Shown one piece after another: positions 40,122-49,545 of a stretch of DNA of 64,000 nucleotides. Positions within the stretch are counted from its first letter, which is position 1. Every line of letters starts with the position of its first letter. The stretch spans positions 32,001-96,000 of the forward strand of contig CAXXTH010000019.1 of assembly GCA_963668025.2 (NCBI GenBank), read 5' to 3'. This DNA comes from Candidatus Hydrogenedentota bacterium (GTDB lineage Bacteria > Hydrogenedentota > Hydrogenedentia > Hydrogenedentales > SLHB01). Both the position numbers and the translations under genes were made by a program. The notes under the pieces were generated by a model that saw only the letters and a program-made list of their open reading frames with translations, did no database searches and was not told the origin of the DNA.

Positions 40122-41065
40122 AGCGAAGCGTACAGCGTGAACTGGCGCTGCATCTATTTGTGGGTTCTTTTGCCTTCTTGGCGCTAGTGCCGTTTTTTTT
40201 CGTGGCCAACAACTCGTTCCGCACCAACATGGAGATGTACCGGTCCTTTTTCGGTGCGCCAAACGCCATAAAAGGCATGGTGCGCTCGGCGGGCGATATG
40301 CTGTTAAACAAGGGCGGGATGTCAGCAAGCCAGGATGGGACTATGAACTATTATGAATCGCCGCGTGAGTCCCTTATGGGGTACACGCGGATGGCGGCGA
40401 AGAATTACTTGCTGGCATGGAAAGCCCTCAAGTTCTACCTGCTCAATTCTTTTTTCGTATGCAGCGTGACTGCTTGCGGAGTGGCGCTGCTGGGTTCTCT
40501 ATCAGCGTACGTATTAGCGCGTTATCGATTTCCCGGGGGGCATGCCGTCTTTTTTTATATTATCGCCACCATGATGTTCCCTGGCGTGCTCACGCTGGTT
40601 CCCTCCTTCCTGCTGGCGAAGCAACTGGGCTTGCTTAATAGCTACGCGGGCCTCATCCTGCCTTATATCGCAGGAGGGCAGGTGTTCGCCACATTCGTGT
40701 TCAAGAGCTTTTTCGACGGCCTTCCCGAGGAGCTGTTCGAATCCGCGAGGATAGACGGCGCGGGGCATGCGCGCCTGTATGTCCATATTGTCCTTCCCTT
40801 GTCCAAGCCCGTTTTTGCCGTCGTCATGATTATGAGCGTCATCGGCACCTGGAATAATTTTCTCTGGCCTTTCATCGTGAATACGGATGAGCAGTATCAC
40901 GTCATCGCTTCCGGCCTATATGTCATGGCGAATTCCGCCGCCGCCGCCAACTATGGCACCTTATTTGCCGCTTATGTGCTATCGAGCGTCCCGCTGCTTA
41001 TTCTTTTTGCCTACGCGACGAGGCCGTTTGTCGAAGGCGTCACCTCCGGGGCGTTCAAGGCATAA
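40118..41065 (+). CDS. Carbohydrate ABC transporter permease
   Basis: ARYRFPG, LPEELFESARIDGA, WNNFLWP. ATGA overlap with the previous gene. Confidence 0.92.
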   Translation: MKRSVQRELALHLFVGSFAFLALVPFFFVANNSFRTNMEMYRSFFGAPNAIKGMVRSAGDMLLNKGGMSASQDGTMNYYESPRESLMGYTRMAAKNYLLAWKALKFYLLNSFFVCSVTACGVALLGSLSAYVLARYRFPGGHAVFFYIIATMMFPGVLTLVPSFLLAKQLGLLNSYAGLILPYIAGGQVFATFVFKSFFDGLPEELFESARIDGAGHARLYVHIVLPLSKPVFAVVMIMSVIGTWNNFLWPFIVNTDEQYHVIASGLYVMANSAAAANYGTLFAAYVLSSVPLLILFAYATRPFVEGVTSGAFKA

Positions 41066-41300
41066 AGAACGTGATGGATGGATTAACGCCTAAGCGTACA
41101 TGGGCAAAGGTGGCGGTAATATGCGTGATTCATGAGATTGTTCCTGTCCCACTCCCTGTCCGGCGGTTTCGGAAGAAAAGCTGGCGCTTGTAATGACATA
41201 AAGGCTCATTCTACACTTCCTATACGGGACATGCGCTGCCATTGGGGATAGAGTGTATAATTTGATAGAATCATGGCGGAAGCATTAGGGAGTGTACACG

Positions 41301-42506
41301 ATGCCAGAATTTACCTATGTCGCGCGAACACGAGATGGTAAAAAGCAAACCGGCAGCATGAGCGCCGAAAACCGGCAGTCGCTCATGCGCACCCTCCAAA
41401 CCCGGGGACTCGTTCCCGAAAAGGTGGAAGTGAAAGGCGCAAGGACCCGTTCGAGGCGGGGCCCGAAAGTCAAATCCACGGAGATACTGGTGTTCACGCG
41501 CCAGCTTTCGACCATTGTGAATGCGGGCTTGCCTCTGCTGCAGGGCTTGGACATCCTCTCCGAGCAAACCGAAGACCGGCGCTTCGGCAGCGTCATGGAA
41601 CAAATCGCCCAGGATGTGGAGGGCGGCGAATCCTTTTCGGAATCCCTGCGTAAACATCCGCGCATATTCAGTGATTTGTATGTCAGCATGGTGCGCTCCG
41701 GCGAGATAAGCGGCAATCTGGATGGCATCCTGCTTCAATTGGCGGATTACATGGAGTCTATGGAAGAACTGAAACGCCGGATTAAGTCCGCCATGACTTA
41801 CCCGGTTGTTGCGTTCTCGATGATCATCCTCATCGCCGCAGGCCTTATTATGTTCGTTGTGCCGCAGTTTGGCGAAATATACGCAGGTTTTGGCCAAGCG
41901 CTGCCCTTGCCCACCCAGATGCTGATCTTGGTCAGCGATGTGCTCCGCAGTTTGTATGCGTTTGTTGTCGCCGCCGCAGGTATCGCTATTGTGTTTGCTA
42001 TCCGGCTCTACGGGCGCACTGAAACCGGGCGGTATAATCTGGATGCGATCAAGCTTCGGCTCCCGGTATTTGGAAAATTATTGCGTAAAGTGGCCATCAG
42101 CCGCTTTACCCGCACCCTCAGCACCCTGACCCGCAGCGGCGTGGCCATCCTCGCCGCCCTTGAAATCGCAGAACGCACTTCTGGCAATGAGGTCTTCGCT
42201 CGGGTGGTGCGCGGTGCGAGCGACTGCGTGCGAAAGGGTGAAACGCTCGCTGATCCGCTCGCCCGTAGCGGTGAATTCCCTTCCATTGTGACCCGCATGA
42301 TTGGCGTTGGCGAAAAGACTGGCGCCCTCGAACAAATGCTCAGCAAGATTTCCGATTTCTATGATTCCGAAGTGAAAGCGGCCATTGACGGCCTAACAAG
42401 CTTAATCGAACCTATCTTGATTATGCTCATGGGCATCGTGGTGGGCAGTATTGTTATTGCGCTTTTCCTGCCTATTCTCAAGCTATCGACCCTCGTACAG
42501 CAATAA
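41301..42506 (+). CDS. pilC: Type II secretion / type IV pilus inner-membrane platform protein (GspF/PilC family)
   Basis: FTRQLSTIVNAGLPL, GEISGNLD, IKSAMTYP, GEKTGALEQML, LIEPILI. Confidence 0.93.
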   Translation: MPEFTYVARTRDGKKQTGSMSAENRQSLMRTLQTRGLVPEKVEVKGARTRSRRGPKVKSTEILVFTRQLSTIVNAGLPLLQGLDILSEQTEDRRFGSVMEQIAQDVEGGESFSESLRKHPRIFSDLYVSMVRSGEISGNLDGILLQLADYMESMEELKRRIKSAMTYPVVAFSMIILIAAGLIMFVVPQFGEIYAGFGQALPLPTQMLILVSDVLRSLYAFVVAAAGIAIVFAIRLYGRTETGRYNLDAIKLRLPVFGKLLRKVAISRFTRTLSTLTRSGVAILAALEIAERTSGNEVFARVVRGASDCVRKGETLADPLARSGEFPSIVTRMIGVGEKTGALEQMLSKISDFYDSEVKAAIDGLTSLIEPILIMLMGIVVGSIVIALFLPILKLSTLVQQ

Positions 42507-42522
42507 GCCTGATTCGCATCCA

Positions 42523-42564
42523 AGCCAGTCCTGAGAGCCTATAGTGCTCGCGGGACTGGCCTTT
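42523..42564 (+). terminator. Intrinsic terminator after pilC
   Basis: GCCAGTCCTGAGAGC...GCTCGCGGGACTGGC followed by CTTTT. Confidence 0.7.
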
Positions 42565-42895
42565 TCATGTGGCTGCCGCTATTCCGCTTTTTTACTTCGA
42601 TAAGCTCGAGCAAGAGAACGTTTCTATCATCTGCATTTGCTCTATTTAGGTGTATGGCCATTTCGGGAACAGGCATCGCTCTGTGCGTGATCGGTCTCGC
42701 TAGCCTTTCGATAGGGCAATTTATCTCGGGGAGCTTTTTCTCAATATACAAGGGCTTACTTGTCATATCGCCGGGCGATTGTAGGCATTAAGTGCTTTAT
42801 TTGTATAGTGTTATGGCATAAAACACTATAAAAACCGCTCCGGGCGAATCAATAACGGAGGATTGTACCGCCATGAAAGAAGGAAAAAAAACTTC

Positions 42896-42924
42896 TTGAC
42901 ACGTGATCGATCACGGTATATGAT
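42896..42924 (+). promoter_or_regulatory. Sigma-70 promoter P1 with palindromic operator in the spacer
   Basis: TTGACA-CGTGATCGATCACG-GTA-TATGAT, 17-bp spacer. Confidence 0.85.
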
Positions 42925-43304
42925 TTGGTTGTTAATCGTATCCAGTGCAGTTTTATTGGTTTTAGCTATGCCGCCGAATTATCTACTAGGGTGAAGGCGC
43001 GCCGGGTCTAAACGAATGGCGCTTGAGCTAAATAGGCAGTCACGGGCAAAACGGGCGGTATCTATTTGACTTTCGTTTTAAAAACACGAACCGGCAGGGA
43101 TACATGCGGATTGTGTGGCTCAATGAGCAGGATCTTTTCTAGAAGTAGGGCATTTTTCGCTGACCGGGTGGGGGTGGGCATCTGCACGGTGTCGGAACCC
43201 AAGGGGAAATAGGCTATTTCTGGGCAGAGCGTCCTTATATAAGGCGTTTGTCATAATAACCAAGTAAAAGTGGGTTTTGGAAACAGAGATGTGGAGGATT
43301 TTCA

Positions 43305-44291
43305 ATGAGAAGCAAGATGGTGAGTTTGGTATTGGCTTGTGTGTTGGCGGCGGGCGCCGCAAGCGCGGGAACGGTGTATCTCAATTTTGATGACGGTGGC
43401 GCGACGCTGCCGGATGGCATTACTACAGGCACTGGCGGATGGGGCGATCCCGCATATGCGGATGGCGCTCTTGTGCTTAGCGGCGGCGGCCCATACATGA
43501 ACTTCCCTTCAACTTGGATTTCTGGGCAGTCCGTGACGATGGAATTCACGATTCCTGATTTGCTGGCGGGTATTCCAGCCGAACGTGGCGGCACGGGTTG
43601 GCAGGAAGGCACCTTTAATGCTGGATGGAAAGCCGGCGGCACGTTGTGCAAAATGGGCGGTGGCATCCTCGGTGGACCTAACGGCTCTTATAATGGGATC
43701 ACTACAACCCATTTAGGTATGGTGGATTGGTCCAATACTTACGCTGGTAATGATTTCGACATTGAAGGCGCTTGCGCGCTGACCACAGGCTTCCGTGTAA
43801 CCATCAAGGTTGTAGTGGATGCTGATGCCGATACATGGACCACATATTATGCATATGGTGACAACGCGACCACCCCAACCCAGCGCGCCACCAACTGGAC
43901 GCTGCTTTATCAATTTACGGCTGTCGATTTGACGGGTGATGACTTGAGTTGGGGCATCCAGTCCTGGGGCGCGTTGCTTCGTGTGGATGATGTGATCATC
44001 GAAGGCGATGCAGTGCCTAATTTCGGAACGGCTCCCGGCTTCGGCCAAGTCACGGTTACGGATCTGTCAGGCATGACGGAAGAAGCCGCTGTCGCCGCCG
44101 CTACTGACGCCGGTTTGACCATCGGCAACATCACTTATGAACACAGCGACACCGTGCCTTCTGGCCAGCTCATTTCGCAGAGCCTTGATGCGGGTTCGAG
44201 CGTTGATTCCGGTTCGACCATTGACCTCGTGATTTCACTCGGCTCCGCGAGCGATGTGCCTGCGCTGTGCGTGCCGTTCTTCCAAGACTAA
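43305..44291 (+). CDS. Secreted beta-sandwich (lectin/ConA-like?) protein with C-terminal PASTA domain
   Basis: Signal peptide ...AASA|GT, PASTA-like VTDLSGMTEEAA...SDTVPSGQLISQS...IDLVISLG, ending VPALCVPFFQD. RBS GGAGG. Confidence 0.75.
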   Translation: MRSKMVSLVLACVLAAGAASAGTVYLNFDDGGATLPDGITTGTGGWGDPAYADGALVLSGGGPYMNFPSTWISGQSVTMEFTIPDLLAGIPAERGGTGWQEGTFNAGWKAGGTLCKMGGGILGGPNGSYNGITTTHLGMVDWSNTYAGNDFDIEGACALTTGFRVTIKVVVDADADTWTTYYAYGDNATTPTQRATNWTLLYQFTAVDLTGDDLSWGIQSWGALLRVDDVIIEGDAVPNFGTAPGFGQVTVTDLSGMTEEAAVAAATDAGLTIGNITYEHSDTVPSGQLISQSLDAGSSVDSGSTIDLVISLGSASDVPALCVPFFQD

Positions 44292-44366
44292 ATGCAGTAT
44301 GCGTGAAGCGGTGATGGCTGTTTGAAGCCTGCACTGTATAGTAAAAAAACCAAAACATGTTGAGAT

Positions 44367-44426
44367 AAAACCTTCTGGATGAGGCCTCCTGCGATTCTTC
44401 CGCGTGGCCTCTTCAGGAGGTTTTTT
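44367..44426 (+). terminator. Intrinsic (possibly bidirectional) terminator
   Basis: AAAACCTTCTGGATGAGGCC...GGCCTCTTCAGGAGGTTTTTT. Confidence 0.7.
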
Positions 44427-44704
44427 CGTGGGGAATGTGCGCAAATGGCGGCGCGGCTCTGTTTTATGGGCAAGTTGAGGCGAAACACTTCGCGGTGAAG
44501 CCCAAGCGTTTGCTCGAAAACAACCGGGACAAGGCAGCAGGCTTTTGGCCATCCGGCCTTTTTCGGGAGGTGTGTTGTTGTTCGCTTTATTTGAAGACGC
44601 AAGTGTTTGATTTGTCTCGTACGAGATTTCCGGTATGGACGGGCATTTACCAGAACCAATCGAGATGAGCCAGCCGTATGGGCGTGCATCTTTATTGGAA
44701 GATA

Positions 44705-45484
44705 TTACAGCCCCGTATTTACAATATGCACATCAATGCCTGCGTCTCGGAATGCATCGAGCATGGGCTGCGGGGCATTTTCATCCGTTACTAGAATGTT
44801 GAATCCATTTACGGGCAGGACGGGGCTGAGCGAACGCACGCCGAATTTACTCGAATCCACGAGCAAAATGCGTGTCTGTGCGCATTTTGCAATGGCCCGC
44901 TTAATGCCCGTCTCGAGGAAATCGATCTCGGCAAGGCCGTCTTCGAGTGTCAATCCCGTTCCGCTTACAAAACATTTATTGGCGCGCATATGGTCGAAGA
45001 AGCCCTCGGCTTGGGGGCCTACGAATGTCATCGTGTTCGCGCGAAGCATGCCTCCGCAACAAAAAACCGTGATACTGCCCAATTGAGCCGAGGCCCGGTT
45101 GACGATGGTGAGGCCATTGGTCAACACCGTGATGCCCGGAGTAGAGAAATGGCGGGACATTTCGGAAACGGTGGTTCCCCCCTCCATGGCGATAATGTCG
45201 CCCTCCTCGATGAATGTCTTCGCCGCATAATGCGCGATGGCGGTCTTTGCGCCATGCTGGAACGTTTCCCTCCGGTCGAATTGCACCGTTGGCGCGATGA
45301 CGTCCTTTTCCCGGATGGCGCCTCCGCGCACCCTCTTTATGCCGCCCTCCTCCTGGAGAAGGTCAAGGTCGCGGCGTACGGTCATTACGGAAGTATTCAG
45401 GCGTTTGCTGCATTCTTCGAGGCGGACACTGCCTTCTTCCATGATCCAATTTAATATCTGCTTTCGGCGATCTTCAGCAAGCAT
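44705..45484 (-). CDS. DeoR/GlpR-family transcriptional regulator
   Basis: RRKQIL...SVMTVRRDLDLL...RVRGGA, GGTT, LTNGL, VDSSKFG. Confidence 0.95.
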   Translation of the reverse strand: MLAEDRRKQILNWIMEEGSVRLEECSKRLNTSVMTVRRDLDLLQEEGGIKRVRGGAIREKDVIAPTVQFDRRETFQHGAKTAIAHYAAKTFIEEGDIIAMEGGTTVSEMSRHFSTPGITVLTNGLTIVNRASAQLGSITVFCCGGMLRANTMTFVGPQAEGFFDHMRANKCFVSGTGLTLEDGLAEIDFLETGIKRAIAKCAQTRILLVDSSKFGVRSLSPVLPVNGFNILVTDENAPQPMLDAFRDAGIDVHIVNTGL

Positions 45485-45531
45485 TCACTTTCCTCACATA
45501 TTCAGTTTTTAGAGTTCCCTATCCTCCTTCT

Positions 45532-45595
45532 ATTCTAGCGGGTTTGGATAGATTTGTCAACTAATGTTAGTTGTAGGTATATTCTGTTAGTTGTA
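45532..45595 (-). promoter_or_regulatory. Promoter of the DeoR gene with overlapping operator-like repeats
   Basis: Minus-strand TTGACA (45560-45555)-N17-TAGAAT (45537-45532). Inverted repeat CAACTAA-TG-TTAGTTG. Direct repeat TGTTAGTTGTA at 45565 and 45585. Confidence 0.75.
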
Positions 45596-45793
45596 AAAAG
45601 GGGTTGCTGAGCTGCATGCGGTATTCAAGTATAGAAGCGAAAGGCACGGCAGGCCCTAGGTTAAAAAGAGAAATGGCCATTTTCGGCTTCATATGCGTAT
45701 CTATATGCGCTGCAATAGGTTAATGAGCGAGAAGATATGTAGCTAGTTTCGAGTAAAAACAATTAACGTAGATGGGATTTCGTGTAAAAAGGC

Positions 45794-45822
45794 TTGACAC
45801 GTGATCGTTCTCGTTGTATAGT
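45794..45822 (+). promoter_or_regulatory. Sigma-70 promoter P2 with variant operator and no downstream CDS
   Basis: TTGACA-CGTGATCGTTCTCG-TTG-TATAGT, 17-bp spacer. Confidence 0.8.
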
Positions 45823-45945
45823 GCTCCATAGTAGCTATACATGGCTGCTAGTGTTTATCAATAACAGTGGGCTAAAGCCAGCTAGAGCTAAACTGGCCAT
45901 ATGGAGCGAGCTTTCTCGTGAATGGGAGCGGTATATTGCTTTTTT
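45823..45945 (+). ncRNA. Candidate small RNA transcribed from P2
   Basis: Orphan promoter, local stems (TAGTAGC/GCTGCTA, GCCAG/CTGGC, GCTCCATA/TATGGAGC) and a terminal T-run. No recognised family. Confidence 0.3.
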
Positions 45946-46118
45946 AAACCACGGGGACACGAGGAAACACGGGGAACGCATACCGTGTCCCATGGCATTC
46001 AGTATTATAGCTGTTAATAGAGCTTACTCAGAGTGTTAAGCCCTGTTTCTTGGGCATTTGTTTCCTGAACGCCCTTCGTTCCCCATTTTTCCCCGTGTCC
46101 CCGTGGTTTAAAAAAAGC
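45938..46118. repeat. Long inverted repeat (MITE/REP-like) with periodic arms
   Basis: GCTTTTTTAAACCACGGGGACACGAGGAAACACGGGGAACG ... CGTTCCCCATTTTTCCCCGTGTCCCCGTGGTTTAAAAAAAGC. Confidence 0.8.
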
Positions 46119-46181
46119 TTCTTGACGTGAGCGTTGCCCATAATCCAATGTAACGACATAACACTGTTTATTCTCGTTTAC

Positions 46182-46292
46182 CTTTGCGTTCTTCGCGGCT
46201 TTGCGTGCGTATAAATCGAGTGTGATTTCTGTTGATAGTACAGCGCGCTAACCTTACTCATCTATTTCACGCAAAGCCGCGAAGCCGCAAAG
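46182..46292. repeat. Inverted repeat with ~9-nt periodic arms
   Basis: CTTTGCGTTCTTCGCGGCTTTGCGTG ... CACGCAAAGCCGCGAAGCCGCAAAG. Confidence 0.75.
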
Positions 46293-46923
46293 AATGCAAC
46301 CGTTAAAAGCGCGACATACCTGCAATAAAAAACTTCGTCACTTTAGCCATCAGGAGCAAAAATAGTGGGCTGATTCCTAAACCGCGAATGGATGCGAATT
46401 CATGGCATACCGCAGCAAACGGGAAAGATGAACAAGATTTTTTATAGCACTTTGGCAACTGAAGCAGGTTTGGCTGGCTTTATAAAGAATCGTTGCGATC
46501 TTGTCCAATCTTGCATCTTGTAAATCATGCCTAAAAAAAAGGCCATTGCTTCAGTCGGCCAAAATATTGCCCTATTTTGTTTGTATTTGCCTAGAGTCAA
46601 ATCTTGCCTTTTTGCTGCAGGGCGGATCATCAATTTTACATATTCTAACAATTTCCCGTGAATGGCCCATATTGTGTTACCTGAGGAAATGTCTTGATAA
46701 ATCAAAGCCCTCATTTTTCCGATATTTTTAAGTGTGCAAAATAGAGCATTCAAAAAATCAGACGTATTTGTCAATTGTGAGGATTTTGGAAGCGCATGAG
46801 GCGTTGGTATGTATACCATTGTTTTATAATATGTTACAGCTTTGTCCGCACCAAAATGCTGGGCGGAAAGCGGAGGACTTCGCAAAAAAAACAGAGCCTA
46901 TCATTTGCGTGCAAAAAAAGATC

Positions 46924-46972
46924 TTGACACGTGATCGATCACGTTATATACTGACATTTGTTAGCGCTAATT
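46924..46972 (+). promoter_or_regulatory. Sigma-70 promoter P3 with a perfect 16-bp operator and a second LacI-type site
   Basis: TTGACA-CGTGATCGATCACG-TTA-TATACT. Palindrome ACGTGATCGATCACGT at 46929-46944. TGTTAGCGCTAA near the predicted start site. Confidence 0.85.
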
Positions 46973-47049
46973 GTTACCTTTCTTTGCGTCGGGGAATTGG
47001 GTAGAGCGGAATTTTGGGAATTCGATGGCCTTTGATGAGGAGGGAATAG

Positions 47050-48141
47050 ATGATGAAGCAGTTTAGGCGGGGATTCACATTGATAGAATTGCTGGTGGTG
47101 ATTGCCATTATCGCGATTTTGGCGGCGATCTTGTTGCCAGCTCTGGCGCGCGCCCGGGAAGCCGCGCGCCGCGCATCGTGCGCCAGCAACCTCAAGCAAT
47201 TTGGCATTATCTTCAAGATGTATGCCAATGAAACCAAGGGGGCCGCTTGGCCCGCGAAGCAGCGGTTTTCGATCAACGGACTCACGACGGCGATGGGATT
47301 TGACTCGTTTGCGTTGTACCCCGATTACTGGTCGGACGTGAACATCGCTGTTTGCCCATCCGATTCGAGAACGCCTTTCGAGTACACCTCCGCGAAGGTG
47401 ACCATTGGGGTGGATGAAGACTATGCCGGGCAGGTAGCCGAAGTGGCCGCTCTGGGGGATTCCTCCAGGCCTTGCCTCGGGGCATTGCTCAGCATGCCCG
47501 TATCGTATTGCTACACGCCCTATGCCCTAGAAACCGCGTCGCAAATTGTCGCCACGACGCATATTTTCTTGTCTTGGACCTGGTTCAAACCGCTAGACAC
47601 CTATGGAAATGTGGAATCCCCCGGTTTTTGGAATGCCAAAACGACGGAAGCCATGGGGTGCCCCGCGGACTGGATCATTGTCGCTTGGGACAACCAAGGG
47701 CGCGATGACCTGGGTTCGGATATGACGGTGCCAGAAGCCAAGGGCGGCCATGGCATGCCCGCCGTGTATGTGGATGACGATGGAAGCCCGCTCCCTTCGC
47801 AGTATCACCGGTTGCGCGAAGGAGTCGAACGTTTCTTTATTACGGACATCAACAATCCCGCGTCGTCCAGCGCGGGGCAGAGTTCTCTGTTTGTCATGTG
47901 GGATGCCTTCTGTGGCGGCGGCACGGGCTACGACGGCACCGGAAATTTCTTCCAAGGCGCGGGCGATGTGCCTATTGGACGGTTTAATCATGTGCCAGGC
48001 GGTTCCAACGTGCTGTATATGGACGGCCACGTGGAGTATGTCCGGTTCAATTCCAAAGTGCCTATCTTCACGAATGGATACAAACCCTCCGGCGCTTGCC
48101 GCGATGCGAACTTGTATCCCTTTATGGGCGGGTGGGGCTGA
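47050..48141 (+). CDS. Prepilin N-terminal cleavage/methylation protein, DUF1559 / H-X9-DG type
   Basis: RRG|[67 protein letters not shown]. Confidence 0.93.
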   Translation: MMKQFRRGFTLIELLVVIAIIAILAAILLPALARAREAARRASCASNLKQFGIIFKMYANETKGAAWPAKQRFSINGLTTAMGFDSFALYPDYWSDVNIAVCPSDSRTPFEYTSAKVTIGVDEDYAGQVAEVAALGDSSRPCLGALLSMPVSYCYTPYALETASQIVATTHIFLSWTWFKPLDTYGNVESPGFWNAKTTEAMGCPADWIIVAWDNQGRDDLGSDMTVPEAKGGHGMPAVYVDDDGSPLPSQYHRLREGVERFFITDINNPASSSAGQSSLFVMWDAFCGGGTGYDGTGNFFQGAGDVPIGRFNHVPGGSNVLYMDGHVEYVRFNSKVPIFTNGYKPSGACRDANLYPFMGGWG

Positions 48142-48420
48142 GGGGATACATTGTTGATGGCTCAAAAAGCTTCTTACGGAAAGGAGGTGTTGCCTGGATG
48201 AATCCAAGAGGATTGACGGCATGATGAACAGGGGAGAGAGACGGAAAGCGAATTCTATTGTGTAGAACGCAGTGAATTGCTCATGGTGGGGAAATTCCAC
48301 AACGCCTGCAAATAGCTTGTGTTCAAGATATTTGTGTAAAAGACGGAACATTGAAGTGGAGCTGATCTCATTTACATGGTTTTGAAAAATGGCATCTAAC
48401 CCAAGTCGGAGGATAAGAGC

Positions 48421-49408
48421 ATGAAGATGAAAAGCTTAACACTGTTATTGTCATGTTTGTTGCTGGCCGGCGCCGCAAGTGCGGGGACAGCATATATGAA
48501 TTTTGACGATGGCGGCGTGACACTGCCTGATGGCGTCACCACGGGATATGAAGGCTGGGGCAATGTGACCTGGACCGATGGCCATCTATTGCTCGATGGC
48601 GGCGGCCCGTATATTTTCTTTCCAAATGCCTGGATCTCGGGACAATCGCTTACGATGGAGTTCACCATACCCGACTTAATGGTCCTCATTCCTGCCGAAC
48701 GCGGCGGCACGGGGTGGCAAGGAACTACCTTTAACGCAGGTTGGAAATTCGTGCAGGACACGTTCTGCCTGATGGGTGGCGGCATCCTCGGCGGAGCAGA
48801 TGGCACGTATAATGGGATTACGACCACCCATCTGGGCATGGTGGACTGTGGCAACGCATATGCGGGCAGCGATTTTGATATTGAATCCGCATGCGCACAG
48901 GCCAGCGGATTCCGTGTCACCATCAAAATCGTCGTTGACGCCACCGCCCAGACGTGGAGCGCCTATTATGCGTATGGGGACGACGCCACCACGCCCCACT
49001 AAGCGCGCCTCGAATTGGACGCTCCTGTATACCTTCTCGAGTGCCGTTTTGGATCATCCCGTACAATGGGGCATTCAAGCCGCAGGCTGCCATCTGCGGG
49101 TCGATGATGTGATCATTGAAGGCGATGCGGTGCCTGATTTTGGCACGGCTCCCGGCTTCGGCCAAGTCACGGTTACGGATCTGTCTGGCATGACGGAAGC
49201 AGCCGCTGTCGCCGCCGCCACTGACGCCGGTTTGGCCGTCGGCAGCATTACCTATGAACACAGCGACACCGTGCCTTCCGGCCAACTCATTTCGCAGAGC
49301 CTTGAGGCGGGTTCGAGTGTCGATTCTGGTTCGACCATTGGCCTCGTGATCTCGCTTGGCTCCGCGAGCAACGTTCCCGCGCTGAGTGTGCCCTTCTTTC
49401 GCGGGTAA
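48421..49408 (+). pseudogene. Paralog of the 43305 PASTA protein, split by a +1 frameshift (real or sequencing error)
   Basis: Deleting one C from CCCC at 48994-48997 gives TPTKRASNW (paralog: TPTQRATNW) and a 328-aa product, the same length as the paralog. Confidence 0.8.
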
Positions 49409-49449
49409 GGAGTAATTCTTTTCGTGTAAAAAGCTGAAAAGTCCGTTAC

Positions 49450-49505
49450 CATCTTGGAAGAGACGGTGTGTAACCCGCTTCACCGCCTCTTCCAGATGCT
49501 TTTTT
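49450..49505 (+). terminator. Intrinsic terminator after the second pilin/partner pair
   Basis: CATCTTGGAAGAGACGGTG...CACCGCCTCTTCCAGATG-CTTTTTT. Confidence 0.75.
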
Positions 49506-49545
49506 GAATATAAAGCCAACTTGAACCTAAAGAGGATGAAGCCTC

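Noticed and set aside
42902-42915. Operator read as a CRP/FNR site
   Set aside because: The GTGA/TCAC half-sites are separated by 4 bp rather than 6, and the position in the promoter spacer fits a repressor.
45900-46600. Repeat cluster as a CRISPR array
   Set aside because: The repeats are inverted and heterogeneous, with no constant repeat-spacer period and no cas genes.
46442-47004. ORFs of 76-147 aa in the AT-rich intergenic region
   Set aside because: They have no RBS or motifs, show atypical composition, and overlap repeats and promoter P3.
48181-48224. Strong SD AAGGAGGT followed by the micro-ORF MNPRGLTA
   Set aside because: It is only 8 codons with no support beyond the SD. It cannot be distinguished from chance without ribosome profiling.
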